64,000 bases of DNA from Pocillopora damicornis (GCF_003704095.1 NW_020843420.1:62001-126000), one strand, 5' to 3'; counted from the stretch's first letter, positions 16,701-31,700 are shown. The notes: generated by a model not told the origin, from the sequence alone. Translations and numbers: made by a program.

Positions 16701-19700
16701 GACTTATGAAATTCCCATGGGAGCCACAGAGAAGTATTGTTAGTGATCTACAAAGATGTAGACATTCAAATGGTAAAGTGGTCTGATGTTTCAAGTCTAG
16801 TCGACAATCCGTGGACACAATGTAAAATAGAAACTCAACTAAAGGCAGTACACGGGTGCTCACAACCTGCTTTTCTATTCAAAAGTACATGTTAACAACC
16901 AGCCACAGTTTTGACTGTGGAAAGGAGTTGTAGCAACTAGAACCTGCATTTCTATTTATTGTCAGACAACTGCAAAGTGACTTTATATCATTTTCTTTCA
17001 GCTGTAGTGCTATTGTGATTATATGTAATGCAGTTCTGTTTCTATTCAATTAAGTTATTGTTTTTGCATTAAGTTACGTAAGAATTAGGTAACTCTGGCA
17101 GCAATTTATTTCTTGCCAGTGTACACATTGTTTTTGTTAGATAATTCTCATGGCTAGTTGATTTCAACTACCTAAGTCAGTCTTTTTGTTAGTTTTTGCT
17201 AGTGCCTTGATGCTTTTTGTTTACTGCCAGACCTGGTTATGCCACAAATTGTAGGTTCATTTCTATTTCATGTAGCTTTGTTGTTATTCTTGTAGTTGTT
17301 AGATTTGTACTTGGATTATTCTGTTAATTATCTATTTTCAGTCTAATCACATCTACCCATCTTTATATCTAAATATTCCTCCATCTGGCAAATAGATTAA
17401 ATGTGCACTCATTTTGCGGTGTTAAACGTGTAGTATTTAAAAACTAGAGTCTTTCAAAAAAGAACTTGACACACACAAACAAAGCACTGGGGAAACCTTA
17501 GTCTCAAATCTCTCTTCTTTGAAAATTCAGTAGGGTTGAAAACTCATCCTTAGGAGATCACAAACTGTTCTCCTTTTGGAATCTTTTTTTAAGTAAAGAA
17601 AACTTATGAAATCCAGCTTTCATGATTTTGTAAAAAAAAAACATCCTAAACCATTCTTTTAACCATTCAGGTTTCCACAGTATGAAAGAAGTTGATAACA
17701 ATCAAGTTTATCCATTTGTACACCTTTAAATTTCAAATTTGCTGGAAAATGTTCTGTAAGACTTCTATGGCTGATGTGTAAAACATTTTCACTTTGCTCT
17801 GACATCTCTAAATGCAGCTGAGTCCAACCTAAATAGTTTACCCCCTTAACTCATTATAACTTATGACAGTTAGCATGCAAAATATCAACACAATAGTATC
17901 CAAATTTTGTCCTTCCCAAACTTTTATTGTGTTCCTATTGTAACTAAAAATAGTTGGAATATGCAACTTTAATTGTATCTTGTTGGCATTCGGGCAAAAC
18001 ATCCTCTACATCCCCTACATCTGGGGACAATTTACCAGTTTTTTCTCATCCTTCCTCCTTTAAATTGATCACATCTCTTCCTTGATCCTTACTTTTAATA
18101 TTTGAAGGTTTGTATTACAAGACACCATGTTTGCCTTTAATCATCAATAACCTACTGGTATGTATTAAAAGGGTAGCACCTCTCTTTTACCAATCTGAAT
18201 GCTGCATTCGTGGGCAACCACACCATACTCAGTAAACAATAGCCTCTTTTCACTGACTTGTGTTTAATGTCAAGGTAGTGTCTGCTTGCTGTATAAAGTT
18301 TCCTCTGTTTATTTGTAATTATGGTGATTTGCAATACCAGGATTAAAAGACATGAATTACACAAGGGCACATAAAATTAAAATCTAAGAATACCTATGGC
18401 CAACTTGTGCATAAAGTACTTTATCTAGAGATCAAGCATAATTGTGAACTTGTCATCATTGGTCTGACTTGCAGCAATGCAAGGTTCCTCTTATCTTAAA
18501 AGCCTAGCTTCCCAAAAATCACCGTGAGATTCACAATTATGGTAACTATCCAACACTACAGAATAATAGACACATGTAGTCTAAAAAGCAGCACAAAATA
18601 GTATCCTGCAGTTACCAAATTTCTGTTTGTAAAAATTCCTCAAATTTAGATGCTGCACTCCAAATCTTCCTTCCCTGCACAAGCCTAATTTCACTATTTT
18701 TCATTCTTATATCACATTTTGCCTCACAATTGCCCATTAAATATTTGCATTGTAACACAATGATCTTTGTTTACAGGGTTTTCTCCTGCATACACCTAAT
18801 AACAAACCTGTAAGTTTTTTGCCTTCGAACAAAAATATCTCACAATGCATTTTAAGTGACTGCAAGTTTTTTTGACTGATTGAAATTAAAGATATGAGAT
18901 GAATTCCACAACTTTTCTTTTGTCAGAAAAGCACAGGCTTATTTTCATCCACCTCTGATTGATCCAGCTGCCAAATTACTCCAGAACTCAACAAATTTTA
19001 ATTCATTAGGAAGGTAATAACAAAGCCTAACTTTCAATTTATGCAAGGTTACTAAAAGGTTAGTAACCTTTATGCAAGGTTACCAATATGGTTTCATGCT
19101 TTGGTGAGTTTGGGACAACTTATTACCACAGTGCCTACATCTTAGTGAGTAACCCTAACCAATATCCCTATAAAAACTCCTTTTCACAAGTTAAAAGGGG
19201 GGGGGGCTACATTGCTCTTTTTCATCTTGACAAAACAAAACTTTTCATACGTTAGCGTTAATTTTTTGGTGTGAGTGTATTTATTCATTAACTGATCAGA
19301 ATATCCTTTGGTTTTAAGTCACTTTCATTTCAGTTATTAGCTAAGTAAAAGTTTAACATGTGTGTTGTCGTTTGAACTACACCCGTAACCAAGCCGCCGG
19401 TGGATAATCTAACGCATCGAAAAGTGTGATGCAGTATCCTACATCTCCTAAAGTAAAAGAGCAGTGAGGCACTCTGCGACAACAAGAACACCATCTTCTC
19501 GCAGACACGTCGAACCAATCAAGGAAAATCCGTTTTCAAATAGATAAAGAAATACAACAACACACGGTATCAAATCACGTCCACTAAACAAATCTACGAC
19601 TAGAAACCTGATAAATTAATAAGGAATGAGTTAATTTGCTTCCTAACACATTCTCACCAGAGTGCTACTTTGCTGTTGATGTCTTGCCGCACAGGAAATG

Positions 19701-19824
19701 GACTGTGCGTCCTTCTGTCATTGGCCGGCGGAGTCACGTTCTCATAAGCAGGGACAGGAGTCGAGCCCCATCTTGGTATAGAAATAGCGTCCACAAAGCC
19801 CTCTGTCACACCAAGGGGATCCAT
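10799..19824 (-). CDS. GDAP2: Ganglioside-induced differentiation-associated protein 2 (macro domain plus CRAL-TRIO/BCH domain)
   Basis: 14 coding exons: 19658-19824 (MDPLG...SPFPVRQDINSKVALW), 15371-15513 (GDITKLNTIAIVNTTNE), 15051-15102 (CRTGEAKISKGYGLPA), 14457-14558 (FVIHTVGPRYNIKYKTAAESALFSCY), 13943-14031, 13540-13613, 13368-13455, 13112-13195, 12813-12978 (acceptor less certain), 12588-12664, 12157-12233, 11484-11623, 11072-11270 (YRRNLKAFYIVHPT) and 10799-10855 (stop). GT-AG introns, phases consistent. Confidence 0.96.
16037..16872. repeat. Direct tandem duplication of a ~420 bp unit in the first coding intron of GDAP2
   Basis: 16037-16456 and 16457-~16870 both start gcttttgttttactgtatgaaaaaatgtacta and end ggtgctcacaacc. 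They differ by scattered substitutions and one short indel in an aataa tract. Confidence 0.92.
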
Positions 19825-20028
19825 AACACTATTTAACACACTAACCCAAACTAATAAGCAATTTTTTTTTTGTTCCTACACAAAAGATCTCTAGATAGAC
19901 TGACTTTCACGCGATTTTCAGACCTAGAAGATAAGTATTCCGAAACTCACAGACAGCGAAAGACTTCGACAGTTTGATGAAATGGCATCAGCTGTATAGT
20001 TAGCCAGCGGTCAACAACAGTTTGCTTC

Positions 20029-20236
20029 ACATAAGCCTAAGTGGTGTGTATCTAATTTAATTTATTCAAACTAACTTCGTGATCAACCTCGACATACTGT
20101 GAGTACTCTTCAGGTTACAAGGTCGAATGGAAACATAAGCCTAAGTGGTGTGTATCTAATTTAATTTATTCAAACTAACTTCGTGATCAACCTCTACATA
20201 CTGTGAGTACTCTTCAGGTTACGAGGTCGAATGGGA
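20029..20236. repeat. Tandem duplication of 104 bp upstream of the GDAP2 start exon
   Basis: acataagcctaagtggtgtg...ggtcgaatgg occurs at 20029-20132 and 20133-20236 with about 3 substitutions. Confidence 0.93.
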
Positions 20237-20759
20237 ACACGTCACTTAACGAACTGTTCTACATCTCTTCGCATCGGTGAATGAAGAGCCTTGGGGTAAT
20301 TTTCCTTGAGGCCGTCATTTAGTGATGTAAGTGTGTTCACCACGATGACAAACCGAAACACGTCCAAAAATACAACGATACGAACAGGCCCTGAGTAATG
20401 CCTCAAAATAAACTTTCCTTTCTCCTTTTTACTTTCTAAACTTTCCTTACATATTTTCTACCAGTGTCTGTTAGTCACCAAAATTATCCAGTGAAAAATA
20501 TATAAAGGTCACCGTGTGTTTACTGATGCATGTTGATCGAAAAACTATATCGTGTTCTCGCAAGGAACGTGCGCTATTTCTCCAGATTACGTAATTTTGT
20601 GTGCAGTACAGAATGCAATGCACAGTGTAATACTGAGGACCTGATAAAAACTGAACTCAGTGACTCAAGATATTAACGTTACTATCAACAAAATCTCGTT
20701 TTTTGCTCTTTAGACAGAGAAAGCAGTAAGTTTAATTTACCGGAAAAAGTAATTACAAA

Positions 20760-21700
20760 ATCTTAAAGAGAACGCGTGATGCGGCTGGTAAAATGTTGAA
20801 GAGGAACTTGCCCTGATGAGCGAAAGGTGTCGTAATCGGAGAGGCCTACAGAACGTTTTCCGCGGACTTTCGTTGGAATCTCGATTTGCATATTTTGTTT
20901 CTATGGCGTCTTACACTACACAACAAAAAGGCATATTTCGCAAAACAAAAGGAAATGCGAGTCTTCACCAAAGGAGAAAGTCGCAAGAGAACCTGAGCCG
21001 GAAAACTCGAAGTTGAGTTTTTCTTTTTCCCCAGCTTACTTTCGCAATTGCACATTTTTCTTTCTTTTTTCCCCGATTGATTTTTGGATTTCGTTTGAGC
21101 CATTGTAAATTCGATTTCCCCGTTTCGCGAATTAAACTTTCCCGCGAATTTCAGAGGAATTCTATGTCACGAGACTTGCCAAGGATTTCGATATTGCGTT
21201 TCGTTGGTAGGCGGCTTGACCACTTTAAGTGCGCGCTTTGAGGAGGTGCGAAAACTGAATTTCTTTTCAAACTCGAGGTTTGTTTTTACGCGAGTTATCT
21301 CTACTTTAACGGATTAATAGGGTAGGTAGATTTGTTGGATTTTTAATGAACATTGGACAGAATGTTCGTCATATATCAACGCACCAAAGGGTGCGAGGCT
21401 TTTAAGAAATTCGAAATATATCTCTCGTGATGTCCCGGAGCGAGAGGCTGGTAATTCATTGAAGCAAACGCCATCAGTTTCTCAAGTTTTGTGTTTAAAG
21501 GCTCGCACGCGCCTAGCAAAACAGAAGCTATGGGAAATTTTGTTACCTTTATAATCTATAATTTATGAAATTACTGATACATATTTTTCTGCGGTTCCTG
21601 TAAAAGTAGCGCGCGTAGGACAATTTTTCCGGAAGGTATTCGATTTTGTTGACAATAACCTTTAGGGCAACAGTACAGCGCTTAGCCGCAAATAGAATCA
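20760..21700. promoter_or_regulatory. CpG-enriched promoter-like region, probably the GDAP2 promoter or 5' non-coding exon
   Basis: CpG is visibly retained (gcgcgc, cgcg) and an E2F-like TTTCCCGCG sits at about 21138. The GDAP2 ATG exon has a splice acceptor upstream (ctttttgtgtag-like, about 19875), which implies a non-coding first exon further up. Confidence 0.4.
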
Positions 21701-22776
21701 AGCGAAATGAAGAAAAACTAACAAAAAAATAACAAGAGCTTCCTCTCTTTTTCTTCTCTCGTCCTTTTTATTCATTCAATATTGAACATGTTTCACCAAC
21801 TTGAATGTTGTGGAGTACTTTGTGTAAATATGATCAGGTTTGAGTTTTGGTGACCGTCAACTAGTTTCAACAAAGTCATAATTTGGGCAAGAGAATAACG
21901 GAACCTTCGAGCATATGACATACGATGCAGTTAGTAGGTAATTCTACAAGATCCATGGTCTGTTTACCTTCATAATATTTTCCCAATATCTCTGATTAGA
22001 ACAGCATAAGCAGAAATCAACCCACCAATTGTTTAAAATATACACATTTCGTTCTGATTCAAGACTGGTTTGTTGGCTCCCGGGTCGATTATGTTTCAAG
22101 TCTATCAGAACTACCGACCACTAGTGTTTGGCTATTACACTCAGATAATAATTCATGATTTGGATATGATTTCACTTATTTTCACTGATTGTTGAATGAT
22201 CGGATCCAACTTCCTTTTATTTCGATTTAACTGTGTATCAAAATCACAGCTTAATTAAAGTGAGGTGTTGGATCCGGCTCCGAAGCAGAGTACGGGTCAA
22301 GCTGATTATTTCCCAGGGAAGGTTTTTACGTTAAATGTGGTAGTAACATTTTTCTTAGGCACAATTGAAGAACAACTTTCTCTAATTTCAATGGTTTGGC
22401 TATCTTCAAAAAACATTTCCCATTAAGTTTATTATTTTTAATTTAACTCAAACGACTTGAAGGGAAAGTAGCTCTTACTTTTCCCATCAATGCCAAAAGG
22501 CAGAGAGTCTGCAATTAATTTTCACTTTTGAGAGATGATTCCAAGGAACAATTTTCTACTCGTAAAGAGGGGCTACTCAATTGAGAAATGCTTTTATTAT
22601 AGTGTTAGATGGTTTACTGTAAACCAGATACAAAACGATATATTGTACTTGAAAAGAAACAACCAACAAACTTACAACACGTTGAGCATTTTTCGCAAGT
22701 GGAAATGAGCATGTCACATTAGAAAATAGTATGTACATATGATAATATAAATTGTTAAACCCGTCTGGTGTGCATT

Positions 22777-25700
22777 TTATCTGGCTGATCGAGGCACTAG
22801 TGGAACACCTTTGTACGGAGATGACACTGCGGTACTTTGGAGCTTCAAGTTGTCCAGTACGTAGTTTTTCTTTTGCTTTACTGTCCTACGTAAGTTGGCG
22901 CTATTAGACACGATTTTCGATCGCACATTTGGAGGGCTATAGTCAGCAGTTGTACCGATGACATCATAGGTCCACTGCATATCAGAGGTCTGTGGACCAA
23001 ATACGCAACGCATTGTTACCGATGCACATAGGCATATCAATTGCGAGAACTATATGCTCTATCAATGACCCTGTATGGCCATTGACCATTTAAGGAAAAT
23101 GGCGGCAATAGCTTCAAAATAAACCAGCAATAACCAAAATTTCGTAAAACCAAACGAGGGGCAGAGTTGAATGATCATGAATAGAGGGAACATACTTACA
23201 CTCGTCGAATTATTTCAATGCAAATAGTGACGGTGAATTTGGTGGGCACGGGGAGTAACAGCTGTTACAAGTAATCACAAGTTTGATATCGTTACATTTT
23301 GCTGCTGTTTGAATGCATGAACAAGTATTACAAATAGAACAAACCACGAAAAGGAAATACATCGAAAACAGAAGCTAAATCTCTTCGCAGAAGGTGTTTA
23401 CTTAGTCTTGCATTCTTTCATCAACGTACGTTTAGATCATTAGCAAGTTGTTTTTCTTTTTATGCGGTTCCGTGTGAGGGAAAGGGAAAGAGGAAACATG
23501 CTGGTTTATGGCGGGAAGGCGAGCTGGGTAAAGTTGATGTACTCTAGCAACGATTAGCAAATTCATGTATTGGAACTGATCAGTAAAACCTGAGAGAAAG
23601 AAAATATCATTTATAAGTATCACTTGATCAGATTGACTAGCTTGTTTGCTCACCTGAACTACCAGTTTGGCCATGTGCGTTTTGCCGTAAATTTGGGGCT
23701 TATACGAAACCTTGATAAGTGTTCCTTCGGTACCTGCAGGAGTTAGTTCACCGGATGTTGGGGCTACTGTGAACTCCGGGTCAGAATTAGGAGCGAAAAA
23801 CGCTTCAAACGGAAGGGTGTGTCTAATAGAGAGAACGGACATAAATTTTTTAAGATGAAAAAACGCTTAACATTTGTTTACACGTCTGGCTTGAATGACT
23901 GTAAAGGAAAAGCAGCACACTAGGTACATGCTTCCAAAACTGTCCGTATCTTCTAAGTGAATTGTTCAAACTTGACCAATTTTCTCTTCTGATGCAGTTT
24001 AGCAAATCCCTCTCTGCTCAATCAACCTACCTCATTTGACTCGTCATTCTGAAACCCACAACTGACTCCTTGTTCAGTCCAACAGAGTCGATAGTAATCG
24101 TATCGTCGACTACCGGTTCAGTGGCAAGTACCCTCAGAGGAAATCTCCAAACCCCACCGGAAGCTGCTGATATCATTAACTGAGTCTTGTGGCTGAAGAC
24201 AAAAACAGCCACAACACACTAGCAAGGGATGTTAGTTACTCTACATCACAATCACGGTCATAACGACCGCCTCTTATATCTAAAAAACCCATGTAATTTA
24301 AGATAAAGTCAGAAGTTCGAACTTTTCCTTGAAAAAACAGGCTTTGAATATCTGAATATTTCGGTAAAAAAATCAAAGTGTGTGGAGGAGGAAGGCGGTA
24401 AGTGGAAACTACTAGGGGGCAAAGTTCAGACAATCCCTACACGGTATAGCTTGGTGTGTGGTCGGCAGGTCGCTGCTCTTTGTCAACGTGCATTTGATTT
24501 ACTGATTCTGTTTACATTCATCACCTACTTACCTGAATGGCTTAAATGGTGAGAATACAAAGTTAAACACAAGAATGACCACTCCTGACACTTGATTCTT
24601 GATCTTCCTCATGAGACTCACGCCCAGCGATCGTTCAAGACATGTCTGACATTCTGCATCATCATAAATTAGTTCATACCTACAGGTGTTTTAGAAGGAT
24701 TTCTTTTAACAATTAAACATAAAACTTTACCACGTCATACAAAAGATCTTTTATTTCACCTACATGGGCCTTCCAGGGGTCTCTTTGGACTCAATGCTGG
24801 TTATTTTCCTCGCTCCGACGGAACTCGCCAAATATCCGCGAGAACCACATGTCAAACTACCGAATGACTTTTATGCATTAGAAACACACGACTACAGAAT
24901 GGAATGCCTTTATGGTGACTAGCTCCAGTAAAACAATAAAAAAGATACATTACGCACTGAGTCAGCTGGCGTTTATAGAGAAAGAGCGACCAACTTTCTT
25001 ACAAAGGACTGAAGGGAAAGAAGGAAGCAGAGCTATTTAGGAATCGTTGAAAAGAGATAACAATTTGGGTGATCTGTAATATGACATTCCGATCATAAGT
25101 TTCGAATTCGCTCATCTAGGCTAATCATCGTCTTAAACTAAAACGAGTTCAACGCTCTAACAGGAAAAATACTCTCATAGTCGTCGCTTTTCAATGCCTC
25201 ATTATCTTGGGAAAAAAACCTTTGAAACCATCAGCTAGAAATGTCGCATTTTGCCAGTTTGCTAAGGTCTTTTGAAAACTGCAAAATTCCCACAAAGAAG
25301 AAAAGACTACCCATAATTATTAGTGTAATCACCTGAATTCCTCAGGCACATTCAAGTAGTCCACTCCATATTCCATTTCTCCAGGTAGGTGGCGCCCTAG
25401 CAAATTGATGGGAGTGATGGTAGGGTAACGCCCTAAACCTGAAGTGGCGTTATTAGGGGCCAATCCGGTAAGCGTTACTTCCAGTCTCTCTTCCACTCGG
25501 CTCCGAGCCTTACACTCAATACACGGGGCCTGGGATTCCTTGATAGGATATGATTCTGGGATACCTCGGACAGGAATTATCCAGTGAAGTTCATTCACCA
25601 TACGCGTGCTCATCACGCTTGGATAGTTCCCATTCCAAGTGTCCTCAGTGTCTCTGTGCATGGTCACAGTTATTGTAGCCTCGTGTAGCTGCATGGTGTC

Positions 25701-28700
25701 TGGTGCAAAGGAGATTGGTATATCCAGGGTAGCCCCTGGTTCTAGAATTATCCCTTTAGCTCGTTTGAGCAGGAGACAGAATACTGAGTCTTTGGGCTGA
25801 GTGTCGCTACGCAGGCTTGTGAACAACGAGCCTAAACACAAGAAATAGGGTTAGGGTTTGGAAAAGGGTTGGTACGGAAAAGTGCATTACTACGACAACA
25901 TGCAACACATCATGTAATATAGTGAAAAATATGGACAAACAATAGTGATAATAAAAAAATATATAATCATAACAACAGTTATGGTAATAATGGTAGTCAT
26001 AATGAGACACATTCCTTGCAAAACTGAATTTTAAACCCAGGGAGGGCTGGATCTGAAGTCAAATTATGATGAGGATTACTGCTATGCCTCACATGGCCGA
26101 GGAAAATTTAGGGGACTTCTGATATTAATCAGAATCGGACAGAAGTTCTGTTTACAGACTGAACTTACCACTCCGTGATGGTAGCTGCTCCTTCATTACA
26201 ACGTCTACGATGACTTGACGTTCCGTAGGGTTTTCGAACGGAATAATAACAGACGAATTGCCTCCAAGTTGTGAGTAGATGTTGACTGGATCCACAGGTC
26301 CTGGCATCATTCCAGTACCAGAGGCCAGAAAAATCCAACTGCCAAGCTGAAAAATAGCACAAATAATTCCAGCTGTGAAAGTATTATCTGTGAAATTATT
26401 ATTATCCTTTCCTGAAGCTTGAGTTACCACAAATCGCTAAAATATCTTCAAGAAATGAATCACCTGAGGACAGTGAAAGGAAATCTCCGCGGAGTGCAGT
26501 TGTCCGATAGCCGATGGTGTAAATTTGACTGGTACTTCAAGCAAACCACTTGCGGCCAATAAGATCTGTTTTGTGTCACCCAGTTCCAGATTGAAGTTAG
26601 CTGTGTTTGAGCTGTGAGGTGTGAGGACAAGAGACTCGTCTGTTGGATTGAGGAGGCGAATCATCTGATAAGTGGACCTGAAATAAATCAATCATTAGTC
26701 ACTTTATAACGTTGGCGTATGACAATCAGGATTTTTGGTGATAAGCGTTAAAAAACTTTGTGAGAGTAAAACGATGTGAAAAATTGTGATAAGCATCGCA
26801 CAGTATATTCTAAAGAGGTGACACGACCTGAAGAAGTAATTTGACCAAAAAAGTAGCCGTAACCTCGGCTATTACAACAACACAAGAAGAGTAGTTTACT
26901 TGATAGTTATTCCAGCTAGAAAGTTTGTAACTCACTTGCCAATCTCGCAATGAATTGGGGGAAGATGTGAAGGATGAGGAGTGGTTGCCTTGAGCATAAG
27001 ATTGTACCAAAACTCTCCTACTGCTTCATGTTGGAAGATTACACTGAAGACAGAAACAAAACCAAAGTATATTATGTGGTAAGTATTATACGTACGCTCT
27101 ATCAAACAAGTGAAAGTGAGAGATACTTCCTTACCTGCCTGTATATTCACCAATCACAGTTGGGGCAAACGTCACTTGATATCTGACTTGCTGTAGGGAG
27201 TGCAAGACGATTGTGGGCTCACCAGACAAAGCCACGCCGTCAATAAGTACGTCCATAACAATTCTATCTCGGGTTGGGTTAGTTACTGCTATTTCAACTG
27301 CAACTGCTGAATGTGCTGCGCATGTCACTTCTAGGGTTCTCTCAGGCTGCGGTCTCGAGGCTTGAACTTCTACAGTGTACCACAAGCGGTAGGGTCGAAG
27401 TTTAGGATCATCCATAAGCTCCTGTGATAAGAGTTCCTCAACGTCATCGTTAGGAGCCTTCCTGTAATCCATAAAGCCGTCCTGTTTCTCGTCATCTTCA
27501 ACTCTAAAAACAACAAAAAAACATACGGTAGTTGCATTGCGATCAGAATGAAGCATCCATAGAATAAAACATCCATAATAAAGCGAGGCTTAGAACTTAA
27601 TTACTCGTCTCGGATAAATGACTAGAAAGATCTATCGATTCCTTCGTCATCACCTTGCAGTATCAAGGCTGCCAGAATACTTTCCGGATGATATAAAGGA
27701 AACGATTCCCTTGAATGTGCCTCGTTTCCAAGGTGAGACAGTGATCACGTGTTCTGCGGTCTTGCTTGGAAGGACCGTAACTGCTGATGGGCCGCTAACA
27801 ATATCTAGGTCAGTCTTGACCTGAAAATACGTAAACAAATTATTGAAGTTTCCGTCTAAAGGCTGAGAACTCGCTACAGACTGACGTTCAATCAAATATC
27901 TGCTTACCTGGAATATAAGTTTATTTTTCGTCACATTTGGCACTTGCAAGCTATAGGTTGCACTAAAGTAAAAAGACAAGTAAAAATATCAAGTGATTTT
28001 CTGGAATTTCAGGGTCAGATTGATGGTTAAATGGGGCGAACAAATAAGAAGAGAGAGGAAAAATTGAATAAGGATGTGAACAGACAAGTAATTAACAAGG
28101 AAAAACACACAGCCAGCGACAATCACAAAAAAAGAATACAAATAGCCTATAAAGGTTTTAGTTTGAATCTAATTCCATCGATTGATAACAAGAGCTTTTG
28201 AGCGAATGACAGAACTAAAAATATACACTCCAGTTAATACAAAGAATACTCACCTTTGTTTAGCAGGACACTCTATCAAGATGTGATCCAGTGGATGCGG
28301 CTTTTGCCCTGTTCCCAGTAGCCTGTAGACCTGCTCTGCGCCGTCTAAAGTGTTCGTCAACACAAGCTTTCCCTATGAGACAACAAATGTTTAAAGAAAA
28401 ATGAATAAAGAGGGTAAGTTTCTGAAGAAACAGTGGTGCTGCGTCGGTGGGGGAGTATAACAAGATACTTTGGTTTATCAATCGAGTTGACAAGGCAAAT
28501 TGGCCACCGTAAATAGTTTCAAAGATATTATAGATACATTCACGTCACAGTTCTTAGCGCTGTAGAACTTTATGTATTACTGCTTACCTCCACATGGCCT
28601 TCGTAACAGGGTTTAAACATCAAGGGGTAGTTGGTGGTGAGCCGAGATTTTGCTACCATGAAAGGGGGTCCATAGAACCCCTCTCCCTCCAGGCTTGCTG

Positions 28701-31700
28701 CCAACTGCCAGTCCTGATTACTTTGGTTCACCTGTAAATTCAAATTCAAGTTAACTTATTGACGCTGTAGTGAAAAGAACCGCAGTAATTATTAAGGCTT
28801 GTTATCATTTCTTATGAATCAATTAAATAGTGCTCCAAGCTTCCAATCAGACCTCCTCTAGAACAAAATTTGAATTTTTACCGGAAGAGCAGTGAGAAGA
28901 AAAATTCTAGTAAACCAATCGTTAAGTATTATTATTATTGTTCACCCATCGACTTAGTCACAAAAGACTCAGATTTTTCATTTCTTACTTCTGTATATCA
29001 TAATATCAAGTTCGTCTATTCTCTACATTATCGACATTTTAAACCCTAACCCTAACCAAGAATGGCCGGTACCAATTACTCTCAGTTTAATCTGAGAGAG
29101 ATTTTTGTCTGAACGCAAACCCTGGATACAGATCTCTCCTAATTTCTTTGTTCCACACGAAAAATTGGCCTCTGCCAATAACTATCTGTGATCCAGCATC
29201 CTGCTGTTTCTTCACAGTTTAGTGACAGCGACACTCACCACAGGTATGTCCTGAGTAACTGATTGATGTGTTGGTGATGTGAACTCCAACTCAAGAGCTG
29301 AGCCCGCGGAAGTCACTGTACATTCCAGCTGATATACTCTCATATCATGCGCTGATTTAAGAACAATTCGACAAGGGTAGTGCCCAGGTCCACTGGGTTG
29401 GAAAGTCACTGGCAATGGGACTGTATTCCTCAAGGGTCCGGACACAGATGTTGCAGAAGTTAACTGAACTGAAGTGAGATTAACCGTGTAACTCAATAAA
29501 CAAAGTTCTGTAGAACTCCTTATTTTCAAAAGGAAAATTTTTTAAAAGCAACTACTAACGTTAAAACAGTCTATACAAACTAGAGCAGCACATCAAGTGC
29601 AAAAATTTTCAACAATCAAAACTGAAAAATAAACTCTATTTTGCAGTTTTGATTGTTGAGATAAAGTCCAATAAAAAAGAAGCCAAACTAAGAAGAAGTC
29701 GCACAGTTTAATAACTTACCACTCTTTTTGTCGATACTCGCCGGTATGATAACCTTGGAGGGAGCCTGGAAATACTTGGAGCTCACCTCTGTGTGGAACT
29801 CAGTGACCTCTCTTTCAAGCGCTCTCTTCATTTTAGGATCCCCAGGATGCATGAATTTGAAGCCTCCCAGGCCCAGCGCAGCCACACTTGCGGTGACAGA
29901 ACAGCTGGTCAAGGTACCTGTCATCATTCGGCGCTGGAACTCCCGTTCTGACATGCGCTGCTGAGCGGTAATTGCTGAGGTTCAAAAAATAAACGACAAC
30001 TCTAATTCCAACAAACTTACAACAGACAAGAAATAGTCTAAATATAAGTTAATGTGATTAAATCCTGATAACTCACCTAAAGCATTTTCTCTCGCCTCAT
30101 TAACAAGTGGAATGTACAAGTCCTCTGTAAAAGACTCGTCATTATCACATTTCCAGTACACCACCCTCTCGTCCCCACCGAATGCCCCCCTACCAGCCCT
30201 AGCTGCTGCAGCGCTGCTGATCCGGACACTGTGCGGGGAGGCGACCACTGGCATGGGGGAAGGCAGTGGAGGGGTGGCAGTCGCCTCAATGCAGTAGAGA
30301 AACTCGCCAATCTTCTCATTAATAAAGAGGATTGAGCACTGCCTGAAGCCAACATCAAAAGGTAAGAAGTGAATTTCTGCTGTGGCGCTGCTGTTAGCCT
30401 CAAGGTAAATGTTTTTGATGGGTGACCAAAAAGCACTTAGTGTAGGAGGTGATGAAGGAGCTGTTGAATACAACAAAAAACGGTTAGAGTGATACACGAA
30501 ACAACTGAACAACATTGCACACCACGGGTGGTTCAAAAAATGATAAAAAAGCAAACCACCGACTTTAAAAAGAACTGTCGTATATTAAGTGAACCACATA
30601 GTAAGAGGTGTTACTGAAACCAGAAAGCTAAGGTATAAGCAGATTTTTTTCGATATGGTTCTAGTAAGGATCCTCTTTTTGTGCATAGATCAAGATGGAA
30701 TCCCTTCTTTCAATATTAACCCTGTCGTTCTCTCCCGTATCCAACAACGGCCTATTAGGAGACGTCCGCCATTGACTCATGATCAAGATCCCTGGCCATG
30801 TAAATTAAGACCCCAGCAAGTTGAAGACAGGTCCACACCCAGCTTAGCCAGGATATGCCATGGCGATCTTTTTAAAACTAGTAGAGTAGAGTCGAGAGAC
30901 TGACCTGTGACTGTCTCCATCTTATGTTGTTCTATTTTGGGAGCAAATTCTCTTCTTGGTGATTTGTTCATTTGCCTGTGAATAAAAAACTACTGAATAT
31001 GAAAGCCATCTTGACAGTAATGAACACTACTTGAGCAGTAGTCATCTATCTATCACTTCACGGGTTTACTACAAATCAACTTAACGACCAACTCCCAAGT
31101 AGCTCAGTTGGTAGAGCACTACACCGGTATCGTAAAGGTTATGGTTTCATATCACTTACAGGCCTGAATTTTTTTTAGGCCTTATTTTCATTACCGCTTA
31201 AGCAGTGTTCATTACTACTAAGATCGCTTTCAAATTCATTTCTTAATCCGCAGTTCACGTATATGATTTTCATATATCCACAGTCAACACAACAGTGTCA
31301 GTTTGTTTGTGTAACGACACAATCGAATGTAGTAGATATTCATTCCCACAAATAAAAGAAACAACGTCTAAACCATTACATACCCGTGATCAGTCCTTGA
31401 CCCAACCTTCTTTAAACTCTTGCTGGATTTTGAGGCCTTCACTTTGGGCGGTGATGTTCCTAGGAACGAATTCCGAGCTTCTACCAGTACAATACGAAAC
31501 TCTCCGGTCGACGGAAATGGGTTGGTGATGTCAAAGTTTACCTTCTGAATTTGGTAACATGGTGACTCACTTGTGATTGTCGCCTTCAAAAGAAATGTTA
31601 TAATGAGTAATACTACTAATAATAGTAATAACGGCTAACAATAATAATAATAATAACAATAATAATAATAACGCGGTGAAGGTTTTCAACTTAAGAGTGA

